A stretch of DNA of 64,000 nucleotides from Promethearchaeota archaeon Loki_b32 (GCA_005223125.1 NJBH01000007.1:1-64000); one strand, 5' to 3'. Positions 19,560 through 29,612 are shown, numbered from the stretch's first letter. Made by a program: numbers and translations. Notes: a model not told the origin generated them from the letters alone.

Positions 19560-20795
19560 TTATGTATCTTCATCACGATCAAGACCTAAAGTTACCTCTG
19601 TGAATATATTGGCAATTTCTACAAAGATTGGTATTTCAACTCGACATAAATTCCCAAGGATCCATTTATTTACATCTTTTAGAAGAAATCTTATTTGATT
19701 ATGAATTTTTTTATTTATATCAGTATCAATTATATTATTCAACCAACGCCCCCCACCTAGCCTAAAAGCAACAATTTTTATTAGAGGTTCGAATAACGAT
19801 TCTAAAATTTGTCTCATCATCCATGATTTTGGAATTATACTCATGTTGTCATTATCAAAAGATGGATCTTTTAATATTGGGTGATTGACTCTTACAGTAA
19901 GCTTAGGCATAAAGCTTAATAGGAGGATCAGGGCAAAAATAGCCGATATACCATTTATGGTAAAGGAACCTCCTATTTTTTCGAGATCTTTTCGATTAAT
20001 CGCTAAATTTGCTAAAAAAAGGCTAATAAACACATTTCTATCGAATGCTTCTGAAATATGAGCATATACTAAATTGTTTTTCTCACTTTTTTTATTGATA
20101 CTGATACCGAGCTCAATTTCCCCTCCATCCTCTCCTATTTCATTCCTATTTTCTTCATTATCAGTTTTATCGATGATTATATATTTTTCCTGCAAAATTG
20201 CTAGTATTCCTGGAGGAAATGTATAGAAAGTATAAACTTTTTTCTCGCTTGTTCTCTTATCTCTATCAACTATATGTTCTTTTGACACTAATCCAAATAA
20301 ATTGATGAGTTCCTGAAGTTGTTTTTTAATATAGCTTCTGGGGTTATTTGGATCTCCGAACATTGCATAAAATTGGTGATCAACTATATGAAAATCATTT
20401 CTATTAGCAAAGGCTTCTACAATTCTATCTATTATTGGTCCTTGAGCATAGGATGCAATCGCTTTAGCTTTTGAAGTTATGAAACCATTTAATAATTCAT
20501 TTATGATAAAATCTTGCTCGTGAGTCCTAGATTTGAGGATTTTACTAAAGGCCACAGCTAAATTCGATGTATTAGGAAAGAAAGCATTTTGAATCGTGTT
20601 ATCTATTGCTCTTTTGAGAAGCTCTCCATCATTTCTAGGAAATTGAGTCCGTAGAATATCTAATCTATCTAATAGAGCATCTCTAGCTCCAGGAATATTT
20701 TCAACATTTTTGTTTTTTAATTCTACAATTGCTTCTTCTAATCCTTCAGAAAAAGCTTCCAATAATTCCTCCCATTTAGATTCTAGAATTGACAT
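19560..20795 (-). CDS. Hypothetical protein
   Basis: 411-aa ORF, co-oriented with its neighbours. Confidence 0.7.
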   Translation of the reverse strand: MSILESKWEELLEAFSEGLEEAIVELKNKNVENIPGARDALLDRLDILRTQFPRNDGELLKRAIDNTIQNAFFPNTSNLAVAFSKILKSRTHEQDFIINELLNGFITSKAKAIASYAQGPIIDRIVEAFANRNDFHIVDHQFYAMFGDPNNPRSYIKKQLQELINLFGLVSKEHIVDRDKRTSEKKVYTFYTFPPGILAILQEKYIIIDKTDNEENRNEIGEDGGEIELGISINKKSEKNNLVYAHISEAFDRNVFISLFLANLAINRKDLEKIGGSFTINGISAIFALILLLSFMPKLTVRVNHPILKDPSFDNDNMSIIPKSWMMRQILESLFEPLIKIVAFRLGGGRWLNNIIDTDINKKIHNQIRFLLKDVNKWILGNLCRVEIPIFVEIANIFTEVTLGLDRDEDT

Positions 20796-20824
20796 TTAAA
20801 TTAACTCTCTATCATTTTTTTTCC

Positions 20825-21778
20825 CTATTTTAAATCAACTGATACTTTTCTCAAGGCATTAATTAGCGGTTTAATTAATTTTCTATCATATATATTAGGA
20901 GATGCAATTCCTCTCTGAGTTTTCCAACCCATTTGAGTACCTTCTCCCATTTCTCTTTGTCCAGACTTTAAAATGTTACTAAGATCTCGTATCCACCAAT
21001 AAAATCTTAACCACTTTTTATTAGGGTTATCTTTCGAATAGATCACTACTAATGCCTTCCATTCACCCATCAACCATTTCACAGTGATCCCACTTACCGG
21101 CAAATAAAAGTTAATAGGAAAATTTCCGTGAAAATGCAGATCGAGATCAGTTGAAGTTACATTGAAAATTGGTTGATTATATCCTTCCAAGATAACAATT
21201 TCTCCACAATGTTGGCATTCATAATGAGATTTCATTTTATCCATTTTATGTTGGCATTTTGGACACGTTCTATTCTCAATAATTCTATATTTGATGATTT
21301 CCAAATTTTTTTCTTTTTCTAAGTCCTGTTTTGTTTTAGGCTCTTTTTTTCCATATTCTCCTTCCCAACCCCAAAATTCATCAAAATAATCCTCAAATTT
21401 TTCTAAGGCAACAATGAAATTATTAAGAACATCTTTATCATAGATTTTAAACATACCTGCATGCTGATAATTCTTCCACCAAGACAATCTAATATATTTC
21501 TCATTTTTTAGGTATGCGCTATGACAAACTAATACAGCAAATAATCGATTTTCTGTTTTATTAATAATAATTCCTTTCTCACAAATTTCATATTGTTTAT
21601 TTAAGCTGGCATTTTTATGAAAATATTCTCCATTTTGAAAAATTCCCTTTTCGATTTTTGATTTTTCCTTTACCTTAGCATCTTCATCTTTCTGTTTAAC
21701 AATTTTTTTACATTGAGGACATTGAAAGATTCCTGAAACAAGTGAATCCATTTTTACATTACATGCAGGACATTCCAT
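20825..21778 (-). CDS. Protein with two repeats of zinc ribbon plus PC4-like domain
   Basis: CPAC..CPQC then KYIRLSWW...IYDKDVLNNFIVAL; CPKC..CQHC then KWLRFYWW...IYDRKLIKPLINAL. Confidence 0.6.
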   Translation of the reverse strand: MECPACNVKMDSLVSGIFQCPQCKKIVKQKDEDAKVKEKSKIEKGIFQNGEYFHKNASLNKQYEICEKGIIINKTENRLFAVLVCHSAYLKNEKYIRLSWWKNYQHAGMFKIYDKDVLNNFIVALEKFEDYFDEFWGWEGEYGKKEPKTKQDLEKEKNLEIIKYRIIENRTCPKCQHKMDKMKSHYECQHCGEIVILEGYNQPIFNVTSTDLDLHFHGNFPINFYLPVSGITVKWLMGEWKALVVIYSKDNPNKKWLRFYWWIRDLSNILKSGQREMGEGTQMGWKTQRGIASPNIYDRKLIKPLINALRKVSVDLK

Positions 21779-21783
21779 TATAA

Positions 21784-23373
21784 CTATTCCTTATTATTTT
21801 TTGTAATTTGAATCATTCTCTTTTCTATCTCTGTAACTGAATTCCTTGCTCCTTTTATGTTTTCTCTAATTTCATCTAATATTTGCTGAGAAATATCACT
21901 CTCAGAACTGTCTGATTGTATTTCTAATAACTGTTTATATGACCTTTCTAATTCATCTTTATAGTTAGATAATATTTGGAAATCTGCATTTGATAGTCTC
22001 AATCTAATGATTTTTTCTGAGACTTTAAGCTTAAGAAAAATTTCAGCAATTTCGAGTGTTTTATTTCTAATATCTTTAATGATATCTTCATTTCTTTCTA
22101 ATGTTTTTTTAATTTTACTAATAACAGGTTTATTGCTCATAATAGGATTAAAAATCCTTATAAAGTTAACGGCTTTATCTTTAATTTCTTTACAATGCTG
22201 AATTAAGTCGTCAATTGTAGAATCAGCATCAATATCTTGATATTTAACTTCAATTTTCTCATGGACAATATCAAAATCATCAGATGGTTTTGCTTTAATT
22301 CTATTTTCTAAATCTAATATTGCTTTTTTTGCTCCTGATGCGTTATCTCTAATCTTTATTAATGTTTCTTGAATCATTTCAATTTCCATAGGTATTTTTT
22401 CAAGAAATCCGAGATATTCCTGATTTCCAGAGTAGTTAGATTTTATTTCTAATAATTGTTTATTTATTACCTCCATTTCATCTTTATAATTTGCTAATAT
22501 TTGAAAGTCTGAATCTGATAATGTTAGTGTAATATTCTTTTCTAACAATTTAATCTTGATTGAAATTTCTATTATTTCGATTTTTTTTCCTTTTTTATTT
22601 ATTTCTAAAGCCTTGGTAAGCTTTTTAATAATCTGGTCATTATTTAGAATTGGGTTAAAAATCATGACAATGTTAACAATTCTATCCTGAATTTCTTTGC
22701 ATATTTGAAGTAATCCATCAGATGTCGGTTCAATTTTAATGGCCTGGTAAATATTACCAAATTGATCTAGAAGATCATAAAGATCATTAGACAAAACATA
22801 TTCATTATCTCCAACTTCATAAATAAAGCGATGTATAGCACTAGTCGACTCACATCTTACTTCTTTTAATTTGGTAAGGCCCAATTCAAAATCTTTTTGA
22901 GGTATTAATTTAAATCTCTTCGAAATCATATTGTAAAGTGTATTTTTTGGTGTAATTATTGTACTTTTTTCGATAGTTATCGTATATTCTCCCATTTTTA
23001 GAATAAAATCACCATCTTTCTGATCATATTCGGCACGGCTTCTAATATTCTTAAATAACCCTAAGTCTATTATTTTTTCAATAAATTCTTGATCCCAAAG
23101 TAATTCAACATTATTCTTATAAATATCATCCAAGATTATTACTCTTTCATATCTATCTATTAGATCCTCATCTAAATTGTTAAATAAGTCTTTTCTAATT
23201 ATGTATAAATAGAGAATCGTGTATTTAGTATTTATATTATTTAGGATGCTATTGATTAAATTTCTATCATATTCTAAAGATAATTTATTATGTTCCAAAC
23301 CTAAAATCCACTCCTTATTATTAAAATTGCTATAACAATTCAGTGAAAAAGAGTAATTAGAATAATTAATCAT
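21784..23373 (-). CDS. Hypothetical helical protein with internally duplicated C-terminal domain
   Basis: CKEI.D..VN...IFNPI and LS..DFQIL.NYKDE.E...KQLLEI.S each occur twice. Confidence 0.7.
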   Translation of the reverse strand: MINYSNYSFSLNCYSNFNNKEWILGLEHNKLSLEYDRNLINSILNNINTKYTILYLYIIRKDLFNNLDEDLIDRYERVIILDDIYKNNVELLWDQEFIEKIIDLGLFKNIRSRAEYDQKDGDFILKMGEYTITIEKSTIITPKNTLYNMISKRFKLIPQKDFELGLTKLKEVRCESTSAIHRFIYEVGDNEYVLSNDLYDLLDQFGNIYQAIKIEPTSDGLLQICKEIQDRIVNIVMIFNPILNNDQIIKKLTKALEINKKGKKIEIIEISIKIKLLEKNITLTLSDSDFQILANYKDEMEVINKQLLEIKSNYSGNQEYLGFLEKIPMEIEMIQETLIKIRDNASGAKKAILDLENRIKAKPSDDFDIVHEKIEVKYQDIDADSTIDDLIQHCKEIKDKAVNFIRIFNPIMSNKPVISKIKKTLERNEDIIKDIRNKTLEIAEIFLKLKVSEKIIRLRLSNADFQILSNYKDELERSYKQLLEIQSDSSESDISQQILDEIRENIKGARNSVTEIEKRMIQITKNNKE

Positions 23374-23496
23374 TCCTAAAAAATTTTACTAATTCCTTCG
23401 AAATTTTTAACATAAAAGCAAAAATATTTTAGTTTTTCTTTTCTTTATTCTAATTGAATATAGATTTAATTATATTAAAATTTGGTAGAGATACTT

Positions 23497-24075
23497 ATGG
23501 GAAGAAGAAAACGTAAACAAGTTTCACCGAAACGGGTAAAAAGAGTACCGAAAATTTTCACCTGTCCAGAATGCGGTGAAAAAAGTGTTAAAGTCACTGA
23601 TATTAAGAAAAAAGGTGCTTTTGCCACTGTTAAATGTGGAAATTGTGATTTAACTAAAGATGTATTAATCAATTCTATTTCAGAACCCGTAGATGCGTTT
23701 GGAGATTTTATTGATATATTTTATGCAGACCAAGAATTACAAAGATTAGAAAGAAGAATAAAAAAAATAAAAGAAGAGCATGAATGGGGTGAATTAGCAT
23801 TAGCTTATTCTATTTTATCAGATCTTTGTAAAATAAAAGCAGCTATATTATTAGATGAAGAAGATGTTAACTTAGATGAAGTTAACGATTGGAAAATAAA
23901 AAGTGAGGAATATAAGAGACTTGAAAAAGATACTATATTAAAATTAGATACCGAAGAATTAGAACGTGGAGTTCGAACTGATGAAGAATCTTTATTTACT
24001 GAAAGTGAGACAAAAATAAAGAAAGAGCGCAAAATTGAGGATATATTTGACGATCCTGGATTTTTAGAATTTTAG
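23497..24075 (+). CDS. elf1: Transcription elongation factor Elf1 with long C-terminal extension
   Basis: MGRRKRK...PKIFTCPECG...ATVKCGNC...EPVDAFGDFID is the Elf1 signature. Confidence 0.9.
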   Translation: MGRRKRKQVSPKRVKRVPKIFTCPECGEKSVKVTDIKKKGAFATVKCGNCDLTKDVLINSISEPVDAFGDFIDIFYADQELQRLERRIKKIKEEHEWGELALAYSILSDLCKIKAAILLDEEDVNLDEVNDWKIKSEEYKRLEKDTILKLDTEELERGVRTDEESLFTESETKIKKERKIEDIFDDPGFLEF

Positions 24076-24092
24076 AATTCATTAAACCGTAT

Positions 24093-25844
24093 TTAACTAT
24101 TTTGTTGTATCATTCTTGTCGTTATATTTTTGGGAATATACTTCCAGATTGGTAATTTTAAAAGATAATTAAAGAACTCATTCCGATTCATTCCTTTTTT
24201 TAATATGAGAAAACTCCAATTATGAAAAGCTAATCTATTAAATAATTTCATTAGATGGGTACCAAAAGGATTGTATTTAGATGCTAAAAAACGAGCAAAA
24301 TAAGTCCAAGGTCTTTTAGTTTGGGGAATTGATTCGGGATACACTGATTCAAACAATGGTCTATTGAAAATTTCATATATCGCTATTATTGGTAAGAGTT
24401 TATTTAGCAGTTCAGTAATGTTCTGTTCATAATTCTCATCATCTATATGGATCATTAATAATTCATTTAATTTATTTAACGCAAATTTGAACTGTCTTTC
24501 TTTGAAGGGTAACCACATTTTAGCTATAATCTCTTGTAATTGCTCTATTTTATCCATAACTTCTACTTCCTCAAAATTGAACTTATGCTTTTCTTCATAT
24601 TTTTTAATAAATGACAACAAAACTGAATTAACGTCTTGTTGTTTATAATCATCAGTTTTTTCTCTTTTTTTATTTGTTTCTTTTAAATTCCCTCTCCCTT
24701 CTTTGGAATTATGGGTTCCATGTTTATATATTGGTGTCGTAAACAATAATTCTCTAACTTTTTCCAGTAATGTCTTATAATGACCGTATATATCTATAAT
24801 AGGATATTTTTTTGATAATTTCTGAGACATTCTAGCAAATTCTTTCGCGGAATGCTTCGATTGTTCCAATCTAAATTTAATTTTGTCTTTCTTATTTAAT
24901 TTACTAATGAGAGCATTTCTCCTTTCTCTGTAGAAATTTAGCTTTTTAATTAATGTTTTATTTACGTCTAAAAGAGTTTTACCATAAGAATTGAAATCAA
25001 CACCATAATTTTTGATGATAGAATCATGAGTAATTAAGGGGAGGGATAAGATCCTGCCAACATTATTCCTTTCAATTCTCATAGCATGATCTCCGATAGA
25101 ATAAGAAAAAGTAGAATTTTGAAGAACATTATCTAGAGAAGAAAATTTACCTAATATTTTAGCCTCATTTTTAAAATATCCATGTAATAGTGTATCAATT
25201 CCCTTATATATATTATTAGCAAATTCAGAAATAATAACGGATTCAATTTCACCTGGATGATGTCTTTTAGATTTTAAACGTTTATTTCCAACTACTATAG
25301 CTTGATTGGCTCTATGACATACTGTATAACTCCATTTTAATAATGGATCAAAAATACTAGCAAGTTTAAATTTATAGTGGTAGAATTCAGGTCCAAAATA
25401 AATTGGAAAGCCAAACCCCCGTGAAGTAGAATATAGAAATTGAAATATATTTCTTACTTTTTCTCCTTTTAATAATCCGGGAAATTGAAATTGAAGCACG
25501 ATGCGAGGATAAAGTGCTTGGATCCCTAAATGCATCCACGCTTCAAAGAGTATGATGCTATCTGGAAATTTAAAAGAATCCTTCCTGTTTAAAAAATCGC
25601 CACTTAAAGAGTTTAAGGCATTTGGAAGGCTTTGAAGCCATGCTTTATTGTCTTCTATTTTTTTTAATCTTTCTTTGAATTTTCTTATGATTAATGGTTT
25701 TATTTGGTTTTGGAGTTCTAATTTTCTTTTATAATAATTATTCATGACTCTTAAAAAGGAAGTCATTTCAAGTAGTTGTCTTTGCAGATCATGAGCTACC
25801 TGAATGGTTGTATTTTTTGAGGAGATTTCTTTTGTAATATCCAA
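24093..25844 (-). CDS. Hypothetical protein
   Basis: 583-aa ORF, no motif recognised. Confidence 0.7.
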   Translation of the reverse strand: MDITKEISSKNTTIQVAHDLQRQLLEMTSFLRVMNNYYKRKLELQNQIKPLIIRKFKERLKKIEDNKAWLQSLPNALNSLSGDFLNRKDSFKFPDSIILFEAWMHLGIQALYPRIVLQFQFPGLLKGEKVRNIFQFLYSTSRGFGFPIYFGPEFYHYKFKLASIFDPLLKWSYTVCHRANQAIVVGNKRLKSKRHHPGEIESVIISEFANNIYKGIDTLLHGYFKNEAKILGKFSSLDNVLQNSTFSYSIGDHAMRIERNNVGRILSLPLITHDSIIKNYGVDFNSYGKTLLDVNKTLIKKLNFYRERRNALISKLNKKDKIKFRLEQSKHSAKEFARMSQKLSKKYPIIDIYGHYKTLLEKVRELLFTTPIYKHGTHNSKEGRGNLKETNKKREKTDDYKQQDVNSVLLSFIKKYEEKHKFNFEEVEVMDKIEQLQEIIAKMWLPFKERQFKFALNKLNELLMIHIDDENYEQNITELLNKLLPIIAIYEIFNRPLFESVYPESIPQTKRPWTYFARFLASKYNPFGTHLMKLFNRLAFHNWSFLILKKGMNRNEFFNYLLKLPIWKYIPKNITTRMIQQNS

Positions 25845-26092
25845 TTAGCTTTACCAATTATCAATAAACTTGATATTTAATTAGGTAAGTTTTCAGAATT
25901 TTTAATTTTAATTGAAATTTATTTTAAAATGGACATATTAAGATTTTTAATTTTGCTTGGGGCATAAATATTACTCAAAAAGTAGTAAAAATTAAAGATA
26001 TCGTAATTAATCTATAAATTTATTTTAAAATTTTAATTTCTTTTTAATTAATAGAAAAAATATTGATTGATTTTGTTGTTTGACAGCACTCC

Positions 26093-26539
26093 TTAACCCG
26101 ATTGATTCTTTCTTTTTGCGAATAGAGACTTAAGCTCGCCCATTATAGCCCCTCTAAGTGAAACTGGACTTGCTGGGCGACTTGGGCCTGGAGCGGGACC
26201 TGGCCCTCTTGGACCCCCTGGTGGACCTCCCGGTGGTGGTGGCGGAGGTGGACCTCCTGGCGCTCGTGCAGCTGCAGGAGCAGTTGGGGCTGGAGCTGCT
26301 GCTGGAGTTCCTCCTGATCCGGATTGAAGTGATGTGATTTGACTATTCAAAGAATTTAATTGGTTTTGTAAATTCGAAACTTTCTCGGTTACCAAGCCAA
26401 GTGACTGATCTACCAAATCGGGTATGCGTAAAACAATTGACATGATTTTTTCAATGATATCGCCAAATGCGCTCAATTTCTCTTCCAAAGGTGCTTTTCG
26501 AGTGTTATCTAAGAAGGTTGCAAATTCTTCGGCACACAT
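26093..26539 (-). CDS. Coiled-coil/polyproline protein with C-terminal VASP-FAB/WASH-C-like helix
   Basis: N-terminal heptad helix, APGGPPPPPPPGGPPGG, C-terminal RGAIMGELKSLFAKRK. Confidence 0.7.
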   Translation of the reverse strand: MCAEEFATFLDNTRKAPLEEKLSAFGDIIEKIMSIVLRIPDLVDQSLGLVTEKVSNLQNQLNSLNSQITSLQSGSGGTPAAAPAPTAPAAARAPGGPPPPPPPGGPPGGPRGPGPAPGPSRPASPVSLRGAIMGELKSLFAKRKNQSG

Positions 26540-26664
26540 TTCTACTCTTTATATCTTGTAATTTTTTATTTTTTCTATTAATTTAATAGATTTGTGTTTA
26601 ATAAATTTAAGTTTAAGCTTTACTATTTTTTTATTTAAAATAAAAAAAGAAAGAAAAGTTTTGT

Positions 26665-27288
26665 CTAATTCAATTCCGTTATACTGTCTTTTAATTTAAT
26701 CCACAATGCATTAATCTCATCTCTTACTTCAATAAATTGATAAATTTTTTTTAATAAAATATCTCGAGCTCTATCAAATTCTCTTTGAACATCGTTTAAT
26801 TGCTGGTCGAGGATGTTTAATTTATCACCATCAATTAATTTATTTTTTGCTTTTTCAACATCTAATGCTTTCTTTATTACATTTGATCTTCTATCAGCAA
26901 CTTCTGCTAGGGCATCGACAAATTCTTCTTTTTTTTGAACGAGATATTCTTTTTGTACTGCAATATCTTTAATCGCATTTAGATATGTATTGTTACCTTT
27001 GATAAAATCGTCGTTTTTTTGGATTATTTCTTTATATAACTTAACTTCCTCATCTTTAATATTAGATCTATGTTCTCGAGCAAGAGTTTGCATTTGTTTT
27101 AATACATCTCTAAAAGTTCTATTTAAAATATCCCTAGAATTATTCATTTTAGCTATATTTTCTGCGTATTTTTTTTGGGATCCGATAAGAGCGCTTTGCG
27201 CTTTAGCCAGTTTCTTAAATTGGGAGACTAATTCTTTTTCCATTTTAGCGAGTTCTAATTCATCCTCATGGGTTATAATTGGACTCAT
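26665..27288 (-). CDS. All-helical protein, BAR-domain-like
   Basis: 207 aa of long amphipathic helices; RSNVIKKALDVEKAKNKL...KLNILDQQLNDVQREFDRARD...QFIEVR resembles SNX/Vps5-BAR helices 2-3. Confidence 0.55.
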   Translation of the reverse strand: MSPIITHEDELELAKMEKELVSQFKKLAKAQSALIGSQKKYAENIAKMNNSRDILNRTFRDVLKQMQTLAREHRSNIKDEEVKLYKEIIQKNDDFIKGNNTYLNAIKDIAVQKEYLVQKKEEFVDALAEVADRRSNVIKKALDVEKAKNKLIDGDKLNILDQQLNDVQREFDRARDILLKKIYQFIEVRDEINALWIKLKDSITELN

Positions 27289-27380
27289 TTCAAATCATAC
27301 TCTTTAACTTTGTAATGTATCTATAAATTTCTAATATGATTTACTTATTTTGATTAATATAAAGTTTATAATATTTAAGT

Positions 27381-28415
27381 TTATATTGAAAAATATGCTG
27401 TTAGAATATTATCCTTATAGTTGGCTTTTATAACTTTTGCTTCAATTTCTTTTCCAAGTAGTTTTTCGGGTTGTGGGATTGGATAATTTAAAAGTACTTT
27501 AATACCAAAATTATTATTTAATTTGCCAATATATTCCCTTTTCCATCGTCCTTTAGAGATAATTGTTAATTTAATGCGATCATTTTTTTGTAAATTCAAG
27601 GAAGCAACAACTTTTCTTTTATGGATTCCAAAATCTTGTGGTCCTAATTTTAATTTAATTTTAAATTTTTTCTCAAGCATGGATAATTGTTTATAAAAAA
27701 AATCCCAACCTTTAGGTCTAATCTTTTTTAATTTTCTCCCTGTTTTATAAATTAAGTATTTTTGAATCCCGATTTGAATTTTTTTTTCTGAAAAACCCTT
27801 GTTTCTTAGTTTTAGAACATATTTTATAATTTCTTCAATATCGTCATCATTTTCTCCTGGAAACCATACAGGGGCTATTAATACATCAATTTGTGTACTT
27901 AGTAAAAGTAAAATGTTATTTAGAAGCTTTTCTATATTATAATTTTCACAATTACATAGGAAATTAGCTTTTTCTTGATTTAATGAATTTAGGCTAATAT
28001 TAATTCTTGTGACCTTAGTCTCTTCTAATTGTTTAATCACATCCTCATTTAATAATAATCCATTGGTCTGCAAAGATATAATTTCAATTCCTTTTATGTT
28101 CCACAGCTCTTTAATTAAGTCAAATAATCCTGGATAGAGCAAAATTTCGCCATACGGAGCAAAATGTATTTCAATTTTATGATGTCCTTTAATCTCGACC
28201 ATGTTTCTAATTTTTTTAAGTAGATAATTAGGATCGACAATAAAATCAGTATCATAACTTCCAGCACTAACGAAACAATATTTACATTTCAAGTTACATA
28301 AAGTTATAGGTTTTACTTCAATAACATTGGTTCCTCTATCAATTACACCAATAAAATCTACTCCATATAATGGAATTTTTGATTTTTCATCCACATTAAT
28401 TATAGAGACGGACAT
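27381..28415 (-). CDS. Radical SAM protein (archaeal COG2100-like, C-terminal TRAM-like domain)
   Basis: GVIDRGTNVIEVKPITLCNLKCKYC. Confidence 0.85.
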   Translation of the reverse strand: MSVSIINVDEKSKIPLYGVDFIGVIDRGTNVIEVKPITLCNLKCKYCFVSAGSYDTDFIVDPNYLLKKIRNMVEIKGHHKIEIHFAPYGEILLYPGLFDLIKELWNIKGIEIISLQTNGLLLNEDVIKQLEETKVTRINISLNSLNQEKANFLCNCENYNIEKLLNNILLLLSTQIDVLIAPVWFPGENDDDIEEIIKYVLKLRNKGFSEKKIQIGIQKYLIYKTGRKLKKIRPKGWDFFYKQLSMLEKKFKIKLKLGPQDFGIHKRKVVASLNLQKNDRIKLTIISKGRWKREYIGKLNNNFGIKVLLNYPIPQPEKLLGKEIEAKVIKANYKDNILTAYFSI

Positions 28416-28424
28416 GTTTAATAA

Positions 28425-29498
28425 TCAGAGTTTATATCGCAATATTCCTATAATTGAACCTAGATCTACTAATTGTTCTCCAGTGATATTTTCTGTACTC
28501 ATAATGTTAATTTCTCCACCAGAGTTTTCAACATTCGTTATAATTTCTTCTATTTTTAATTTATCTTTTTTTGATAAACCTCTAATTAAGACATCTGCTA
28601 TTAATAAAAGTTTTATCGCGCCCTTTTCTGAAGCTTTAGACACTTCATTAAGACCAATAACGATAAGATCAGCGTCATTTACAAATTGCGTCATAATATC
28701 TTCAATTTTCCCAGTTTCTTGTAGAACTTTAATTTTATTTTTGAGTTTAGTTAATTTCTTTGATTTTAAAGTTTCTCTAATAGCACTTTCTGTTCCTGAA
28801 CTTGCATGACAAGTTTCTATATTTCCTTTAAAATTAAATTCAGAATCTTTTTGAAGAAATTTTATGAAATAATCTTTAGTATTTCCAGGTCCACAAAAAA
28901 TAATTAAATCAATTTCTGAATTTTTAATATTTTCAATCAAGACTTTTTGAATTTCACTAAAAAACTCCTCCAAAGCCTTATTGCGATATGTTTGTTTATA
29001 TCTTTTACCTGGAATATTTTTTCTGATGGTAGCAATTCTATTATGACTAAAATTTGTAATAAGTGCTAATGTTGCTAGACCAGTTTCAATTGCACTTACT
29101 AGAATTATGAAATTAGATTCGAATTTTGAGGTTTTTTTTAGTCGATTTATTTCGTGATTTAACCAATTTTCTTTAATAATTGTTATTTTTTGGGATATTT
29201 CAATATTAAAAGTGTGGTAGGTTCCGAAGCTGACAAAATCCTCCGGACCTTCTAAAATTTTGCCTTTTATTCTCAATCGATTTGAAAATTCATGAAAGGA
29301 GACATCTTCAACTTTTAGTTTTAGTCTCATTCGTTTACGTTCACCCTTAGTTCCCTCTCTAAGAACAACTCTTCTCTGAGTTAAAGCACTCACCTCATCA
29401 TCTTTATTAATAACATTATAAAGAGACCATAAGTCGTAAAGATTTTCAGTCTTTACACTGACTTCTCCATGTTTTTGATCAAGATTTAAAATTTTCAA
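28425..29498 (-). CDS. pelA: Pelota (Dom34) mRNA surveillance protein
   Basis: DLWSLYNVI, FHEFSNRLRIKG, GTYHT, IPGKR, GPGNTKD, GIIGILRY-like C-terminus. Confidence 0.95.
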   Translation of the reverse strand: MKILNLDQKHGEVSVKTENLYDLWSLYNVINKDDEVSALTQRRVVLREGTKGERKRMRLKLKVEDVSFHEFSNRLRIKGKILEGPEDFVSFGTYHTFNIEISQKITIIKENWLNHEINRLKKTSKFESNFIILVSAIETGLATLALITNFSHNRIATIRKNIPGKRYKQTYRNKALEEFFSEIQKVLIENIKNSEIDLIIFCGPGNTKDYFIKFLQKDSEFNFKGNIETCHASSGTESAIRETLKSKKLTKLKNKIKVLQETGKIEDIMTQFVNDADLIVIGLNEVSKASEKGAIKLLLIADVLIRGLSKKDKLKIEEIITNVENSGGEINIMSTENITGEQLVDLGSIIGILRYKL

Positions 29499-29580
29499 AT
29501 CCTTAAGCTGACTCTACATAAATTCTTTTATTATATAAAATTAATATAAAATTAAAGAAAAGCTTAATTTAATCCTTATC

Positions 29581-29612
29581 AAAAAATAAAAAAAATAAAA
29601 AAGATAAAAAAT
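29581..29612 (-). terminator. Oligo-T tract, probable terminator after the WH2 microprotein gene
   Basis: Long A-runs on the + strand about 30 nt past the stop at 29639. Confidence 0.45.

Noticed and set aside
26140-26330. GC-rich patch as possible structured RNA
   Set aside because: Fully explained by Pro/Gly/Ala codons of 26093..26539
28327-28809. 160-aa plus-strand ORF and similar antisense ORFs (e.g. 15642, 26990, 44991, 45483, 58368)
   Set aside because: Shadow frames opposite well-supported genes
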